Shown: piece by piece, positions 28,706 through 38,991 of the stretch
Layout of the letters: every line of letters begins with the position of its first letter
Numbering within the stretch: the first letter of the stretch is position 1
The notes under the pieces: generated by a model
Databases searched by the model: none
Told to the model about the DNA's origin: nothing
Seen by the model: the letters and a program-made list of their open reading frames with translations, nothing else
Translations under genes and position numbers: made by a program
Assembly: GCA_963780685.1 (NCBI GenBank)
Contig: CAWACZ010000006.1
Location: 38,683 to 102,682, forward strand
Direction of reading: 5' to 3'
Length of the DNA stretch: 64,000 nucleotides
Source: an uncultured Acidobacteriota bacterium
GTDB taxonomy: Bacteria > Acidobacteriota > Vicinamibacteria > Vicinamibacterales > CAVVIG01

Positions 28706-28909
28706 ATGGCAGTTGCGCGTGTCACCGAAATCACCTCGGCATCCAACAAGAGCTTCGAGGACGCCATCGAAGTCGGTGTCTTGCGAGCCCACAAAACACT
28801 CCGAAACGTCAGCGGCGCATGGATCCAGAACCAGAAAGTCGTCGTCGAGAAAGGCAAGATTGTCGAGTATCGCGTGAACATGAAAGTGACGTTCATTCTC
28901 GAAAAGTAG
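28706..28909 (+). CDS. dodecin family flavin-binding protein
   Basis: 67 aa, MAVARVTEITSASNKSFEDAIEVGV...GKIVEYRVNMKVTFILE. A strong RBS gaggagg lies 5 nt upstream. Confidence 0.85.
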   Translation: MAVARVTEITSASNKSFEDAIEVGVLRAHKTLRNVSGAWIQNQKVVVEKGKIVEYRVNMKVTFILEK

Positions 28910-30223
28910 TGGGGGTTGCATCGCCGGCGGTGAACTGACGACCTCGCGTCTCGGGTCCCAGCCAAATCATCAGCGTCGCCAACAGCCCCGACGCCAACAT
29001 TGCCGTCGTCATGGCATTCACGAGCGGGACGCCCCTGTCCTGCATCATGCCCAGCACCAGCGGCATCACGGCGCCGATGGCTGCGCCGGCGTGATAGGTG
29101 AACCCCGGACCTACGCCGCGGGTGGACGTCGGAAACCGCTCGCTGACGTAGGCGGGCGCCATGCCCCAAATGCCCATGCCAAACGCGCCCATCATCAGTG
29201 CGCCGAGCCACAAGGTCGTGGGCGTCTCGGCATGCAAGTACAACGGCAGCGACGCCATGCCAAGCGCCATCGTGATAGTGACCGCCCCACGACGGCCGAG
29301 CGCGGTCTCCGAAAGCCTGCCCCAGCCGGCCGTGCCGACGATGGCGCCGACGTTGAACGCCGCCAGGTAGGGAAGCATCGGTCGCCCGATTCGCGCAGGA
29401 ACGTCGGATACCAGTAGTTGACCGAATAGTAGACGCACATGAACGCCCCGATCACCGCGGTCGTCTGGATCGTCGTGCCGATCAGATCTCTTTGAAAGAT
29501 CCGCACCAGCGATATTTTCGGCTCGGTGCTCTGGCGGCCGGTCCGCGCGGCCTCCTTCACGATTCGCTGCTGCTCGAGCCAGATCGGGCTCTCCTGAACG
29601 TTTCGTCGAATCCAGAGCGTGAGGAGCGCCGGAACGATGGCGATCCAGAACATCGCGCGCCACGCCAGATCTGGCGTTCCACTGAACAAGGGGTAGACGA
29701 ACTGAAATGTGGCCGCGGCCAGCAGGTATCCCCAGTACCAGCCTCCCAGCAGCAGCCCGGACGCGAGACCACGCAACTTCGTCGGCCAATGCTCGAGGAC
29801 GAGCGGCATACCCGCCGCCCACTCGCCGCCCATGCCGATGCCAAACAGCGCGCGCAAGGCGAACAGCATCGTGTAGGACGTCGAGAAGCCGCTCAGGAAT
29901 GCGAAGAGCGAGAACCACAGCACCGAAAGCATCAGAGGCAGCTTGCGGCCCCACTTATCCGCGATGGTGCCGGCCGCCGCGCCACCGACGAGACGCATGA
30001 TGAGCGTGACCGTCCCGAGCGCGCCCGCCAGCGCGCGGTCCACGGTGAAGCTGTTCTGGATGTCGATGAGGATGAACGTCATGATGTTGAAGTCGAACGC
30101 ATCGACGACCCAGCCGAGAAAGACGGCCCAGAAGGCACGCCACTGATCGCGGCTGACCTGCAAGTACCACGCTTTCGCAGGTGTGTCGATCGGTACGACG
30201 TCAACGACTTCGTGAGTGCTCAC
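28893..30223 (-). pseudogene. MFS transporter (sialate/aromatic-acid transporter-like), one frame disruption needing +1 nt
   Basis: TM1-7 are in ORF 29195..30223 up to YWYPTFLRESG. The remainder (RPMLPYLAAFNVGAIVG...SERFPTSTRGVGPGF...) is in ORF 28893..29954. The switch is near 29380-29395. Confidence 0.85.
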
Positions 30224-30371
30224 TACAGGGATGTGCCGGCTGATTCACTGGTGTGACAACTGCCGAGCCCGCCGAGCTCGCTGAGAATTCTTAACCGAAC
30301 ACATTCTCGGCGAACTCTGCGGTCTCAGCGGTGAATTCGTGAGTAGTCCTGATTCATCGTCTTACAGCCCA

Positions 30372-31430
30372 CTAGCGCTGGCTTCGTGCGGCCTTTTCGT
30401 CAGCCCGCGCGCCACTGAGCATGTTGGCCATCCCGTAGTTCCCTTCGTGGCACGCGTATTCGTAGATCATGTGATAGCCAGGCTTGGTGGTGAGATCGAG
30501 CGCCACCTTCCACGGTCTCGTGTAAGTCGCGGGATCGTCGACGGTGAACTGGTACTGAAGCGTATTCGCATCGACCCGGGTGAAGCGCTCGACAAGGCGG
30601 AGATTCCGGCTGTGGATCGCGCCGCCGCCGTTGCCGCCAAGTCCGGTCAGGTCTGTGAAGTTGGTCGACTCGACCACCAGGGTATTGCCCTCCCAATGGC
30701 CGCGCGGATCGCCCATGTACATGTCGAGATTCCTACCGACGTGCGCGCGCGTCTCGAGTGGAACTAGGCGCGCCTCGTGAATCATTTCGTTCCGGATGAC
30801 GACATATCCGGGACCCTGGATGATGTTCGTACCGTTGCCGTAGATGACCGGGAGAATCGAGCCGACCACCCCGCGTGTGATGCATCGATCGTAGTTGCTA
30901 TGGAACTCGTACGAATCCTGCTCGTGAGCCAGCCGGATCGCCCGCCGCTCGGCAGTACGCTTCTGGCCCTCCGGTGTCATGGGTGGAATGCGGCCGTCGG
31001 CCGGTTCGACAACGAGCGAAGTCGCGCGTGACGGCTTGGCCGGCCGGTCGAGCCAATGCCGCGGGGCGTTGTTGGCGGCGGTGTCTTGCGCGAAGGGCGT
31101 CTCCGGGAATTCGCCCTGGTCCTTTGCGAGCTGCTCGGCATTGGCGCGTTCCCTGGCGGCATATTCCTCGTCGTTGAGCACCGTACGTCCAGCGAATTGA
31201 GGAGGACGCTCGAAGGGGACGCCGATCGAGTTGTCGCTGGTGTAAGTGCCTTGAAGATCCGGGTCGCCCCACGCGGTCCGCGGTGGGGTCCATTTTGCCG
31301 ATGATTTCGCCGCGGCAGTCGGTTGAGAACCTGGGGTCGTGCTTTGAGCCGCCAGAGACGCGACGTAGATCGATCCGATTGCTGCGACGATCGCGATCGC
31401 GCTGATTGAGGTCGACAATCGATTCCGCAT
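30372..31430 (-). CDS. secreted conserved hypothetical protein, paralog B
   Basis: Signal peptide from MRNRLSTSISAIAIVAA. Shared blocks: TAWGDPDLQGTYT, RCITRG, VPLETRAH, GHWEGNTLVVESTNF, YEYACHEGNYG. Confidence 0.7.
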   Translation of the reverse strand: MRNRLSTSISAIAIVAAIGSIYVASLAAQSTTPGSQPTAAAKSSAKWTPPRTAWGDPDLQGTYTSDNSIGVPFERPPQFAGRTVLNDEEYAARERANAEQLAKDQGEFPETPFAQDTAANNAPRHWLDRPAKPSRATSLVVEPADGRIPPMTPEGQKRTAERRAIRLAHEQDSYEFHSNYDRCITRGVVGSILPVIYGNGTNIIQGPGYVVIRNEMIHEARLVPLETRAHVGRNLDMYMGDPRGHWEGNTLVVESTNFTDLTGLGGNGGGAIHSRNLRLVERFTRVDANTLQYQFTVDDPATYTRPWKVALDLTTKPGYHMIYEYACHEGNYGMANMLSGARADEKAARSQR

Positions 31431-31617
31431 CTGACCCTCTCTCGTCTCAATCATCTTCAGGCCGCTTCGGCTTTTACAGTCGACCAGCCTAGCACAAGAG
31501 ATCGCTCTTGAAGGCGCGAGCTGATGCCGATCGGCTGGCGGGCGCGCCAATGGCGCTTCCCATGCCGATTGTCTTCGGCTGGACGCGCGCATGGGTCACG
31601 GTACTAGCAGGTGTGGA

Positions 31618-32463
31618 TCAGGGCACCGCTCGCATTGAAATGTGAAGCGCGTTCAGGCTCGAGCCGACGACGCGGGCCGCGCGTTCCTCGCTTTGATACC
31701 CGTCCTTGGTGACGCGTATGTGCCTGGTCCCAGGTGGCAGATGACGAATGCTGACGGGCGTCAAGCCCCGCCCGATTCCATCGACTGTCACTCTCGCTCC
31801 CGCCGGCTCGGAGGTAATGAGTAGCTCGGTGGTCAGCGGTTGAGCGACGCGCGGTTCGACGACGGCCTCTGTTGATGCGGGTTGAGAAAGCGGGCCACCC
31901 GTTGTCGCGACTGACGAGTCGGGCGACGGCTCATGCGCCGGTGCAGCTCGCTGTGCCTCTTCCGCCGCCCCCGGCGGTGGTAGCGGCTCAGGATCGATGG
32001 CGCCCTGCGGCTGCGGAGTGCTGAGATCCAAATCTTCGCCTCCCCGCGTTGCCAGGGCCAACGTAAGTGCCACCCCGAGCAGGGCGAGTGCCACCAGAAC
32101 ACTTTTCCGCAAAGCCGTCGTATGGCCGCCCGCCGGTTTGGGCGTCACCGCGGCTGCCTCGGCATTCAAGGCACGCTCGAGTTGGGCGAGCGCATGCTGA
32201 TCGAAATGGACCGCTCGGGCGTAAGCGCGAATCTCAGCGCGCCTGTAGAGCCCGGCAGGCACGATCCCGAGGTTGTCGGATTCCAACGCCTGAAGATGAC
32301 GTAGAGGAATCCTGGTCTCGTCCGCGATTTGCCGAAGGGACAGCCCGCGGCGTTCGCGGCTGTTCCGGAGGAGTTCGCCGAGCGCAATGCTCTCGTGCGG
32401 CTTCGTCGCTGTTGGGTTGTCGAGAGGATGGGTGTCGGAACGATCGGAGGCCAGCATCGCCAT
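31618..32463 (-). CDS. HTH (RodZ/XRE-like) domain protein with TM segment and C-terminal PEGA domain
   Basis: LRNSRERRGLSLRQIADETRIPLRHLQALE is the HTH. LVALALLGVALTLALA is the TM segment. SEPAGARVTVDGIGRGLTPVSI...VTKDGYQS is the PEGA-like domain. Confidence 0.6.
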   Translation of the reverse strand: MAMLASDRSDTHPLDNPTATKPHESIALGELLRNSRERRGLSLRQIADETRIPLRHLQALESDNLGIVPAGLYRRAEIRAYARAVHFDQHALAQLERALNAEAAAVTPKPAGGHTTALRKSVLVALALLGVALTLALATRGGEDLDLSTPQPQGAIDPEPLPPPGAAEEAQRAAPAHEPSPDSSVATTGGPLSQPASTEAVVEPRVAQPLTTELLITSEPAGARVTVDGIGRGLTPVSIRHLPPGTRHIRVTKDGYQSEERAARVVGSSLNALHISMRAVP

Positions 32464-32707
32464 TGGAGTCAGTTCCCCGAGCTGTAGCGACGCGATGTCG
32501 CAATTCCAATACCAGCGAAAACGAGCCTGATATTGGGAAAAGTCCAATCAAAAGGCTGCCTCGCTTGGCGTTGACCATCGTGGTGAGGCATTCGATGACG
32601 CAGAAATAGGTCAAATGTCTGCCGATCAATGAACTACTCACTCGTTTGCATCCTCGACGTCTTCCTGCTGAGCGTCGCTGCATGACGGCCCACTGCCCTC
32701 GAGTCGA

Positions 32708-34118
32708 GTGAGGGCAGAACCGCATTCGTGGTCTAATGTGTCCGCTGTGCGCGCGTTGATTGGTGCTTTCGGCCTCGCCTTTGCCGTGTCTATCGGGGCA
32801 GCAATGCAGGATCCGACGCTCGTGACCAACCCTCCGGAGCGCTTCTCCATGCGAGTCGTCGCGTCTGGCCTCGACGGTCCCTGGGAGCTCACGTGGGGCC
32901 CGGATGGGCAGTTGTGGGTGACCGAGCGGAAGGCCAGGCGCGTAATCCGCATCAACCCGACCGACGGCACCCGTAGCACGCTGCTCACACTGCACGAGGT
33001 CCATCAGAGCGTTCCGCAGGACGGGCTACTCGGCATGGCGCTGCACCCCGACTTTCTTCGCGGCAGCGATTTCGTATTTCTTGCGTTCACTTACGACGAT
33101 GCTCCGGGACCCGCACTGGCGCGGCGGATGGCCATCCGCAGATATCAGTACCGACCAGACGGCGCGAAGACTGACGAAACCCGAAGACGTGCTGACCGGC
33201 CTGCCGACGCATGACGACCACGTCGGTGGCCGACTGGCCATCGGTCCCGATCGCAAGCTCTACCTGAGCATTGGCGATCAAGGGAGCAATTTCGCCGGCA
33301 ACCGCTGTAATGCCAACCACGCCCAGGATTTGCCGACGTCGGCTCAGGTCCGTGCCAAGGACTGGTCGCACTACCAGGGCAAGATCCTGCGGATCAATCT
33401 CGACGGGTCGATTCCGCCGGACAACCCTGAGATCGACGGCGTCCGCAGCCATGTGTTCTCTTACGGCCACCGCAACCAGCTCGGGTTGGTCTTCGGGCCG
33501 CAGGGGTTCTTGTACGAGTCCGAGCACGGGCCCAGCACGGATGACGAGGTCAACCTCGTCGAGAGCGGCCGGAACTACGGCTGGCCGAACGTCGCGGGAT
33601 ATCGCGACGACAAGGCCTACGTGTACGCCAACTGGTCGGCCTCCAAGACACAACGGTGCAGCGATCTACCTCCAGACAACACCGTTCCGGCATCTGTCCC
33701 CACAGTGAACGAGACGGCATGGAACGACGCTCGCTTTGCAGGGCCACTTCGCACGTTCTTTACGGTCGAGACCGGCTACGACATCCGTGCCATCGGGAGC
33801 GCCACGATTGCCCCTGGAGGGATTGACATCTACACATCGAACGTCATTCCAGGCTGGCGCAATTCGTTGTTATCGCTCAGCCTGATCAGAGGCGCAGTCT
33901 TTCGACTGAAGCTCAGTGACGACGGCCGGTCGGTGATGGGGGCACCGACCGAGATGATTCCGACGGCGAATCGCTATCGCGACATCGCCTTGAATCCGGA
34001 CGGGCGGACGATCTATCTGGCAACCGATTCCGAGGGTCCGAGCCGCGACCCATCGGGCGCCCGGCGGGTACTGGCGCACCCGGGTAGCATCCTGGAGTTC
34101 ACGTACACGGCGAATTGA
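32708..34118 (+). pseudogene. PQQ-dependent soluble sugar (glucose/sorbosone) dehydrogenase, one +1 frame disruption
   Basis: The N-terminal part is in ORF 32708..33214 (GLDGPWELTWGPDGQLWVTER...GLLGMALHPDF) up to RRYQY. The rest (DQTARRL...HVGGRLAIGPDRKLYLSIGDQG...HGPSTDDEVNLVESGRNYGWP) is in ORF 33081..34118. The switch is at gtacc 33148-33152. Confidence 0.85.
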
Positions 34119-34609
34119 CCCCGCCGAGGCCGCTCCTAGTGACTCTTGCTCCACTCCTCGCCTGGATTCAGGACTCCGGATTGGCGTTGGCCATTCGAGA
34201 ATCTCTGTTGACGACCGCCTCTCTGAGTGCGGTCCACCTGCTTGGCGTCACGCTGGTGGGAGGTGGAGCGCTCGTGTCCGGCTTGCGGTTCGGAGGAGTA
34301 CTGCTCGCGGATCGCCCTGTCCATGAGGTTGCACGACCCGCGGCCCGCGCAATCCTAATCGGACTCTCGATCAGTGCTGCAACCGGACTGCTTCTCTTTG
34401 CGCCGCGGGCCTTTGCGGCCGCAGGCAACACCTTCTTTCGATGGAAGATGCTCCTGCTCCTCTGTGCGGCGGTGTGTCAGCTGCTGGTGTATGTCCGTGT
34501 CTCGCGAGCGAGCGGCGACACACGGTTGACGCGCTTCATCGCCTTGCTAGCATCGGCGCTCTGGATCGGTGTCGTTGCCGCGGGTTGCGCCTACATCCTC
34601 CTCGAGTAG
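34115..34609 (+). CDS. 4-TM membrane protein, paralog 1
   Basis: ATGA/TGA-coupled to the dehydrogenase gene. Same architecture as 34735..35241 (W...IRES/ET.W....H.LG...R.(F/L)G). Confidence 0.5.
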   Translation: MTPPRPLLVTLAPLLAWIQDSGLALAIRESLLTTASLSAVHLLGVTLVGGGALVSGLRFGGVLLADRPVHEVARPAARAILIGLSISAATGLLLFAPRAFAAAGNTFFRWKMLLLLCAAVCQLLVYVRVSRASGDTRLTRFIALLASALWIGVVAAGCAYILLE

Positions 34610-34734
34610 GTGGTGGCCGTACACGATGAACTCGTACCACGCATCATGTTCACCGCAGACAACTCCTCAGCGATCTCGGTGCGCTCGGCGGTTGCCCCCA
34701 CGCTACCGGGCTTTGAATAGAGGTCTCACGTCAA

Positions 34735-35241
34735 ATGTCTCTAGCATCGATTGCTGAGTGGCTGGAAGGCACAGCCGTCGGAGTGCTCGTCAGGGAGACG
34801 GTGTGGGGGTTCCCTATCGTCGTTGCGATTCACATCCTTGGCCTGATGCTCTCTGTGGGCATGGTGATCTGGTTCGACTTGCGGCTACTCGGTGTCACAC
34901 TACGAAACTACCGCGTGTCGACTCTTTACCGCCGGATCATTCCCTGGGCAGGTGCCGGCTTCGCGTTGATGTTCGTGAGCGGAGGCATGCTCCTCGTGGG
35001 ATATGCGACGGCCGCGTACGGCAACACGTACTTCCGCATCAAAGCCGCGGCGCTGGTGCTGGCCGGCCTGAACGCGTTCATCTACCACGCCCTCACTGAA
35101 CGAACGATCAGTCGCTGGAACGACGCCGCGCGGCCACCGATCCCGGCACGGATCGCGGGATTGACCTCGATCCTGCTGTGGATGCTCGTCATTCTCGCAG
35201 GGCGCATGATGTCGTACACCATGTTTTCGGGTCCCAACTGA
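34735..35241 (+). CDS. 4-TM membrane protein, paralog 2
   Basis: LVRETVWGFPIVVAIHILGLMLSVG...DLRLLG...YFRIKAAALVLAGLN. No family recognised with confidence. Confidence 0.5.
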   Translation: MSLASIAEWLEGTAVGVLVRETVWGFPIVVAIHILGLMLSVGMVIWFDLRLLGVTLRNYRVSTLYRRIIPWAGAGFALMFVSGGMLLVGYATAAYGNTYFRIKAAALVLAGLNAFIYHALTERTISRWNDAARPPIPARIAGLTSILLWMLVILAGRMMSYTMFSGPN

Positions 35242-35255
35242 AACTACGAATCCAT

Positions 35256-35298
35256 GAATTTGAGGATTTGAGAATCTGGGGATTTGAGAATTTAGAAG
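35256..35298. repeat. AT-richer tandem repeat (GGATTTGAGAATYTRG)x~2.5
   Basis: gaatttgag gatttgagaatctgg ggatttgagaatttag, lying just after the stop of the upstream gene. Confidence 0.7.
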
Positions 35299-35390
35299 CG
35301 CTCCCTACTTGCTTGCAGAGTGAGCTTGGTGCAGTGTGAAGAGCTCGTGTCGTGCGTGATTGCGGCAGTCGCCCGAGCAAGGAGTACGAG

Positions 35391-37009
35391 ATGGCCATTC
35401 CGCCCGGTGTCAGTCAACGAGATTGGACCGCCGCTCTGGACCAGTTCACGCAGACAGTCGGCGCGACTTGGTTGTTCACGAGCGACGACGATATCGCTCT
35501 GTATCGGGATGCGTACTCGCCTCTCTGGGGGGAACCCGAGGAACGGCTCGTTTCGGCGGCGGTCGCGCCCGATACGGCCGAGCAGGTGTCGCGAATTGTC
35601 CAAATCGCAAATCGGGTCAAGATTCCGCTCTTTCCGATCTCGACCGGCAAGAACCTCGGCTACGGCGGTTCCGCTCCGAACCTCTCCGGAAGCGTCGTCG
35701 TCGACCTCAAGCGAATGAACCGTGTCATCGAGGTCGACGACAAACGACATTTCGCCATCGTCGAACCCGGAGTTGCGTACTTCGATCTGTACAGGCACAT
35801 CCAGGATCGCGGGCTGAAGGTGTGGATCGACTGCCCCGATCCCGGGTGGGGCAGTCCGGTCGGCAACGCTCTGGACCACGGGGTGGGATACACGTTCGGC
35901 GCGTTTCGCGACCACTTTCACTCGCATTGCGGCATGGAGGTGGTCCTGCCGAACGGCGATATCGTTCGCACCGGGATGGGTGCTCTGCCTGGTTCGAAGA
36001 CCTGGGCCGAGTACCGCTATGGGTTCGGCCCGACGGTGGACGGACTCTTCGCGCAAGGGAACCTCGGCATCGTCACGAAGATGGGATTTCATCTGCTACC
36101 GGCGCCCGAGGCGTACCAGAACAGCGTCGTCACGGTACCCAGGCGCAACGACATTGTGGCGCTTGTCGAGATCATCAACGAGCTCGAGCACGGAGGACTG
36201 ATCGGCATGCCGGTGTACGGGAGTCCACTGGGTGGATTTGGCCCTCCCTCTCCTGAGGTAGCCGCGTTGATCAACAAGCCGGGTGGAGCGACCGCGCAAG
36301 AGTTCGACCAGTACGCGCAGCGTCAGAACCGCGGATCGTGGAGCTGCCGAATGCAGTTCTACGGATCGCCGAAGGTGGTGGCCTCGCACCTCGACCACGC
36401 CAAGGATCGATTCACGGCAACCGTGCCCGGCGTCACGTTTCAGGATGGCGAGCTTCTTCAGTTCCCGATAACGAAGGAGCAGGCAGATCGCGCTCACAAG
36501 GTCGCGTTGGGAATTCCCAATATGGCCATCTTCTCGATTGGCGCGCGGACCGAACTGAACCCGTCACCATCGGACGGGCATTTGTGGTTCTCGCCGATCA
36601 TTCCCAAAACCGGGGATGCCGTTCTGGAAGCCCAGCGAGTCTTCATGGACGCTTTCAAGCAGCTCGGCATTCCTTCGATGGTCTCGCCGTTTACGATGCC
36701 GGCCACGTGGATGTTTCGGGCGTTCATCTTCATCATGGCATTTCCGATCTCGCGGACGAATATCGAGCAGAATAAGAAGTCACGAGAGGCGTTCCGCTAC
36801 CTGGTGAAAGTCGCCGCTGAACACGGCTGGGGCGAGTACCCGAACGGCCCCTGCCTTCCAGGACGATGTAATGGCCGCTTACTCGGTACAGCAACCACGC
36901 GCTGCTTCGCCTCCACGAGACCATCAAAGACGCCGTGGATCCCAACGGCATCATGGCGGCGGGGCGATCGGGAATCTGGCCGAAACAATTGAGGAGATCT
37001 CGCGGATGA
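35391..37009 (+). pseudogene. FAD-linked oxidase of the vanillyl-alcohol oxidase / p-cresol methylhydroxylase flavoprotein type, two +1 frame disruptions near the 3' end
   Basis: PCMH-type FAD domain (PISTGKNLGYGGSAP, VEPGVAYFDLY). The C-terminus is readable only as ...AAEHGWGEY | RTAPAFQDDVMAAYS | (Y/V)SNHALLRLHETIKDAVDPNGIMAAGRSGIWP, with switches at 36836-41 and 36885-89. The TGA overlaps the next ATG. Confidence 0.85.
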
Positions 37010-37377
37010 GCAGCGCCCTCAGACTCGAGTTGGTCGTCGTCGTCGGTCTCGTCGTGTCGTCGACAGCTTTCGCACAGAACGACGCCGCAATGCAGAAGGG
37101 AAACGACGCGTACCAATACTGGTGCGCCACGTGTCATGGCGCAGGTCCTGGCCACCCGGGGACGACGGCTCTAGCGGCCAAATACAAGGGAGCACGTCCA
37201 GGACCGTTGGAAGACCGGACGGATCTCTCACCTCAAGGGATCCAGTTCGCTGTCCGCCGAGGCATCTCGATCATGCCGTTCTTCAGGAAGACCGAGCTGA
37301 CGGACGCCGACCTGGAGGCGGTGATCGCATATCTCACGCGCAACCGCGCTGCGACGTCTGCTACGGGTGTGCGATGA
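37006..37377 (+). CDS. small c-type cytochrome (flavocytochrome c partner subunit) with signal peptide
   Basis: MSSALRLELVVVVGLVVSSTAFAQ signal and a CATCH haem motif. ATGA overlaps on both sides. Confidence 0.8.
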   Translation: MSSALRLELVVVVGLVVSSTAFAQNDAAMQKGNDAYQYWCATCHGAGPGHPGTTALAAKYKGARPGPLEDRTDLSPQGIQFAVRRGISIMPFFRKTELTDADLEAVIAYLTRNRAATSATGVR

Positions 37378-38933
37378 AACGGCTCGCGGCGGATCCGCCA
37401 TCCCTCCATTACGGAGGCGGTGCGATGAGGCTTGGTCCGCGGTCACATGTCTCCCGCCGAGAGTTCGTGATGACGGGGCTGGTGGCTGCTGCATGGTCCG
37501 CGCTGCGTGCGTCCGCTCAATCGCTGGATCTGACGAGCCTGACGTTGAAGGAGGCGTCGGAGCTCGTCCGCCGGCGGCGCGTGTCGCCCGTCGCGCTCAC
37601 CGAAGCCTGCCTGACACGGATCGAGCGGCACGATCGCGCAATCAACGCCTTCATAACCGTGACGCGCGAGCAGGCAATGGCAGCGGCTCGTCAGATGGAG
37701 CAAGAGATCGGGCGAGGCCGGTGGCGCGGGCCGCTCCACGGCATTCCAGTCGCGCTCAAGGACAACATCGACACGGCGGGGGTCCTGACGACCGCGGCGA
37801 GCGCCGTGTTCAAGGATCGCGTGCCCGCCGAGGACGCGGAAGTCGTCGTGCGGTTGAACAAGGCCGGCGCCGTTCTCGTCGGAAAGCTGAACCTTCACGA
37901 GTTCGCGCTTGGCGGAACGTCGGCCGTCACCTACTTCGGCCCGGTTCGCAACCCGTGGGCTCTCGACCGCGTCGCTGGCGGATCGTCCGGGGGCTCCGCT
38001 GCTGCCGTGGCCGCGGACATGTGTTTCGGTTCGCTCGGCACGGACACCGGCGGATCGATCCGGATTCCAGCCTCCTTGTGCGGCATCGTCGGATTCAAAC
38101 CGACGTACGGCCGCGTGAGTAGCCGCGGCGTCATTCCAATGGCCTGGACGCTGGACCACGTGGGGCCGATGTGCAAGACGGTCGAGGATGCCGCGCTGAT
38201 GCTGTCCGCGATCGCCGGTTACGACCCGCTCGATCCCACCTCGGTCGACGCGCCGGTGCCGGACTACAGCCGCGCGATCCGCATGGACGCGTCGAAGCTG
38301 CGCGTGGGCGTGCCGCGGACCCCGTTTTTCGAGAACCTCAACCCTGAAGTCGCCAAGACGGTCGAGGCCGCGATCGACGTTCTGCGCAAGCTGACCGCCG
38401 GAGTCAGGGAGGTCGAAGTCCCGGCGGCGGGAAATATCGCCGAGGTGTGGAATCCGGAAATCTACTCCTATCACCTGCCGTGGATCACCAAGACGCCCGA
38501 GCTGTACCAGGCGGCGACGCGCAATCTGATTCAGGGGGCGGGCACGGCCAATGCGGCGACCTACGCGCAGGCCCGACGCCATGTGGACGTCGTGCGTCGT
38601 GAAATCAAGGAGGTCTTCGCCACAGTCGACGTGCTCGTCACGCCGACGCAGCGCGGCATCGCGCAGCCGATCGCGCCACCGCAGCCGCCTCCCGCGGGCG
38701 GCCGGGGGGGCGCGCCGGCAGCGGGCCCGGGGGGCGGAGGACTTGTCAACACCGCTGCGTTCGACATCTACGGTCTGCCGACGATCTCCGTACCGTGCGG
38801 GTTCTCGTCCACGGGCCTGCCGATCGGCCTGCAGATCAGCGGTAACCACTTCGCGGAGTCGACGGTGCTCGCGCTGGCGCACGCCTATGAGCAGGCAACC
38901 GGGTGGCATCGGCGGCGTCCCGCGTTGGAGTGA
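37374..38933 (+). CDS. amidase-signature (GatA-like) amidase with Tat signal
   Basis: SRREFVMTGLVAAAWSAL. AS blocks are present (GIPVALKDNIDTAG, GGSSGGSAAAVAA, GTDTGGSIRIPA). Start is ATG 37374 or 37425. Confidence 0.9.
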   Translation: MKRLAADPPSLHYGGGAMRLGPRSHVSRREFVMTGLVAAAWSALRASAQSLDLTSLTLKEASELVRRRRVSPVALTEACLTRIERHDRAINAFITVTREQAMAAARQMEQEIGRGRWRGPLHGIPVALKDNIDTAGVLTTAASAVFKDRVPAEDAEVVVRLNKAGAVLVGKLNLHEFALGGTSAVTYFGPVRNPWALDRVAGGSSGGSAAAVAADMCFGSLGTDTGGSIRIPASLCGIVGFKPTYGRVSSRGVIPMAWTLDHVGPMCKTVEDAALMLSAIAGYDPLDPTSVDAPVPDYSRAIRMDASKLRVGVPRTPFFENLNPEVAKTVEAAIDVLRKLTAGVREVEVPAAGNIAEVWNPEIYSYHLPWITKTPELYQAATRNLIQGAGTANAATYAQARRHVDVVRREIKEVFATVDVLVTPTQRGIAQPIAPPQPPPAGGRGGAPAAGPGGGGLVNTAAFDIYGLPTISVPCGFSSTGLPIGLQISGNHFAESTVLALAHAYEQATGWHRRRPALE

Positions 38934-38991
38934 GACGCAGAGGCGGAGTCCATGTCCGCGAAGGCGTCCTTCTTCGTCGTGATGCTCTGCG

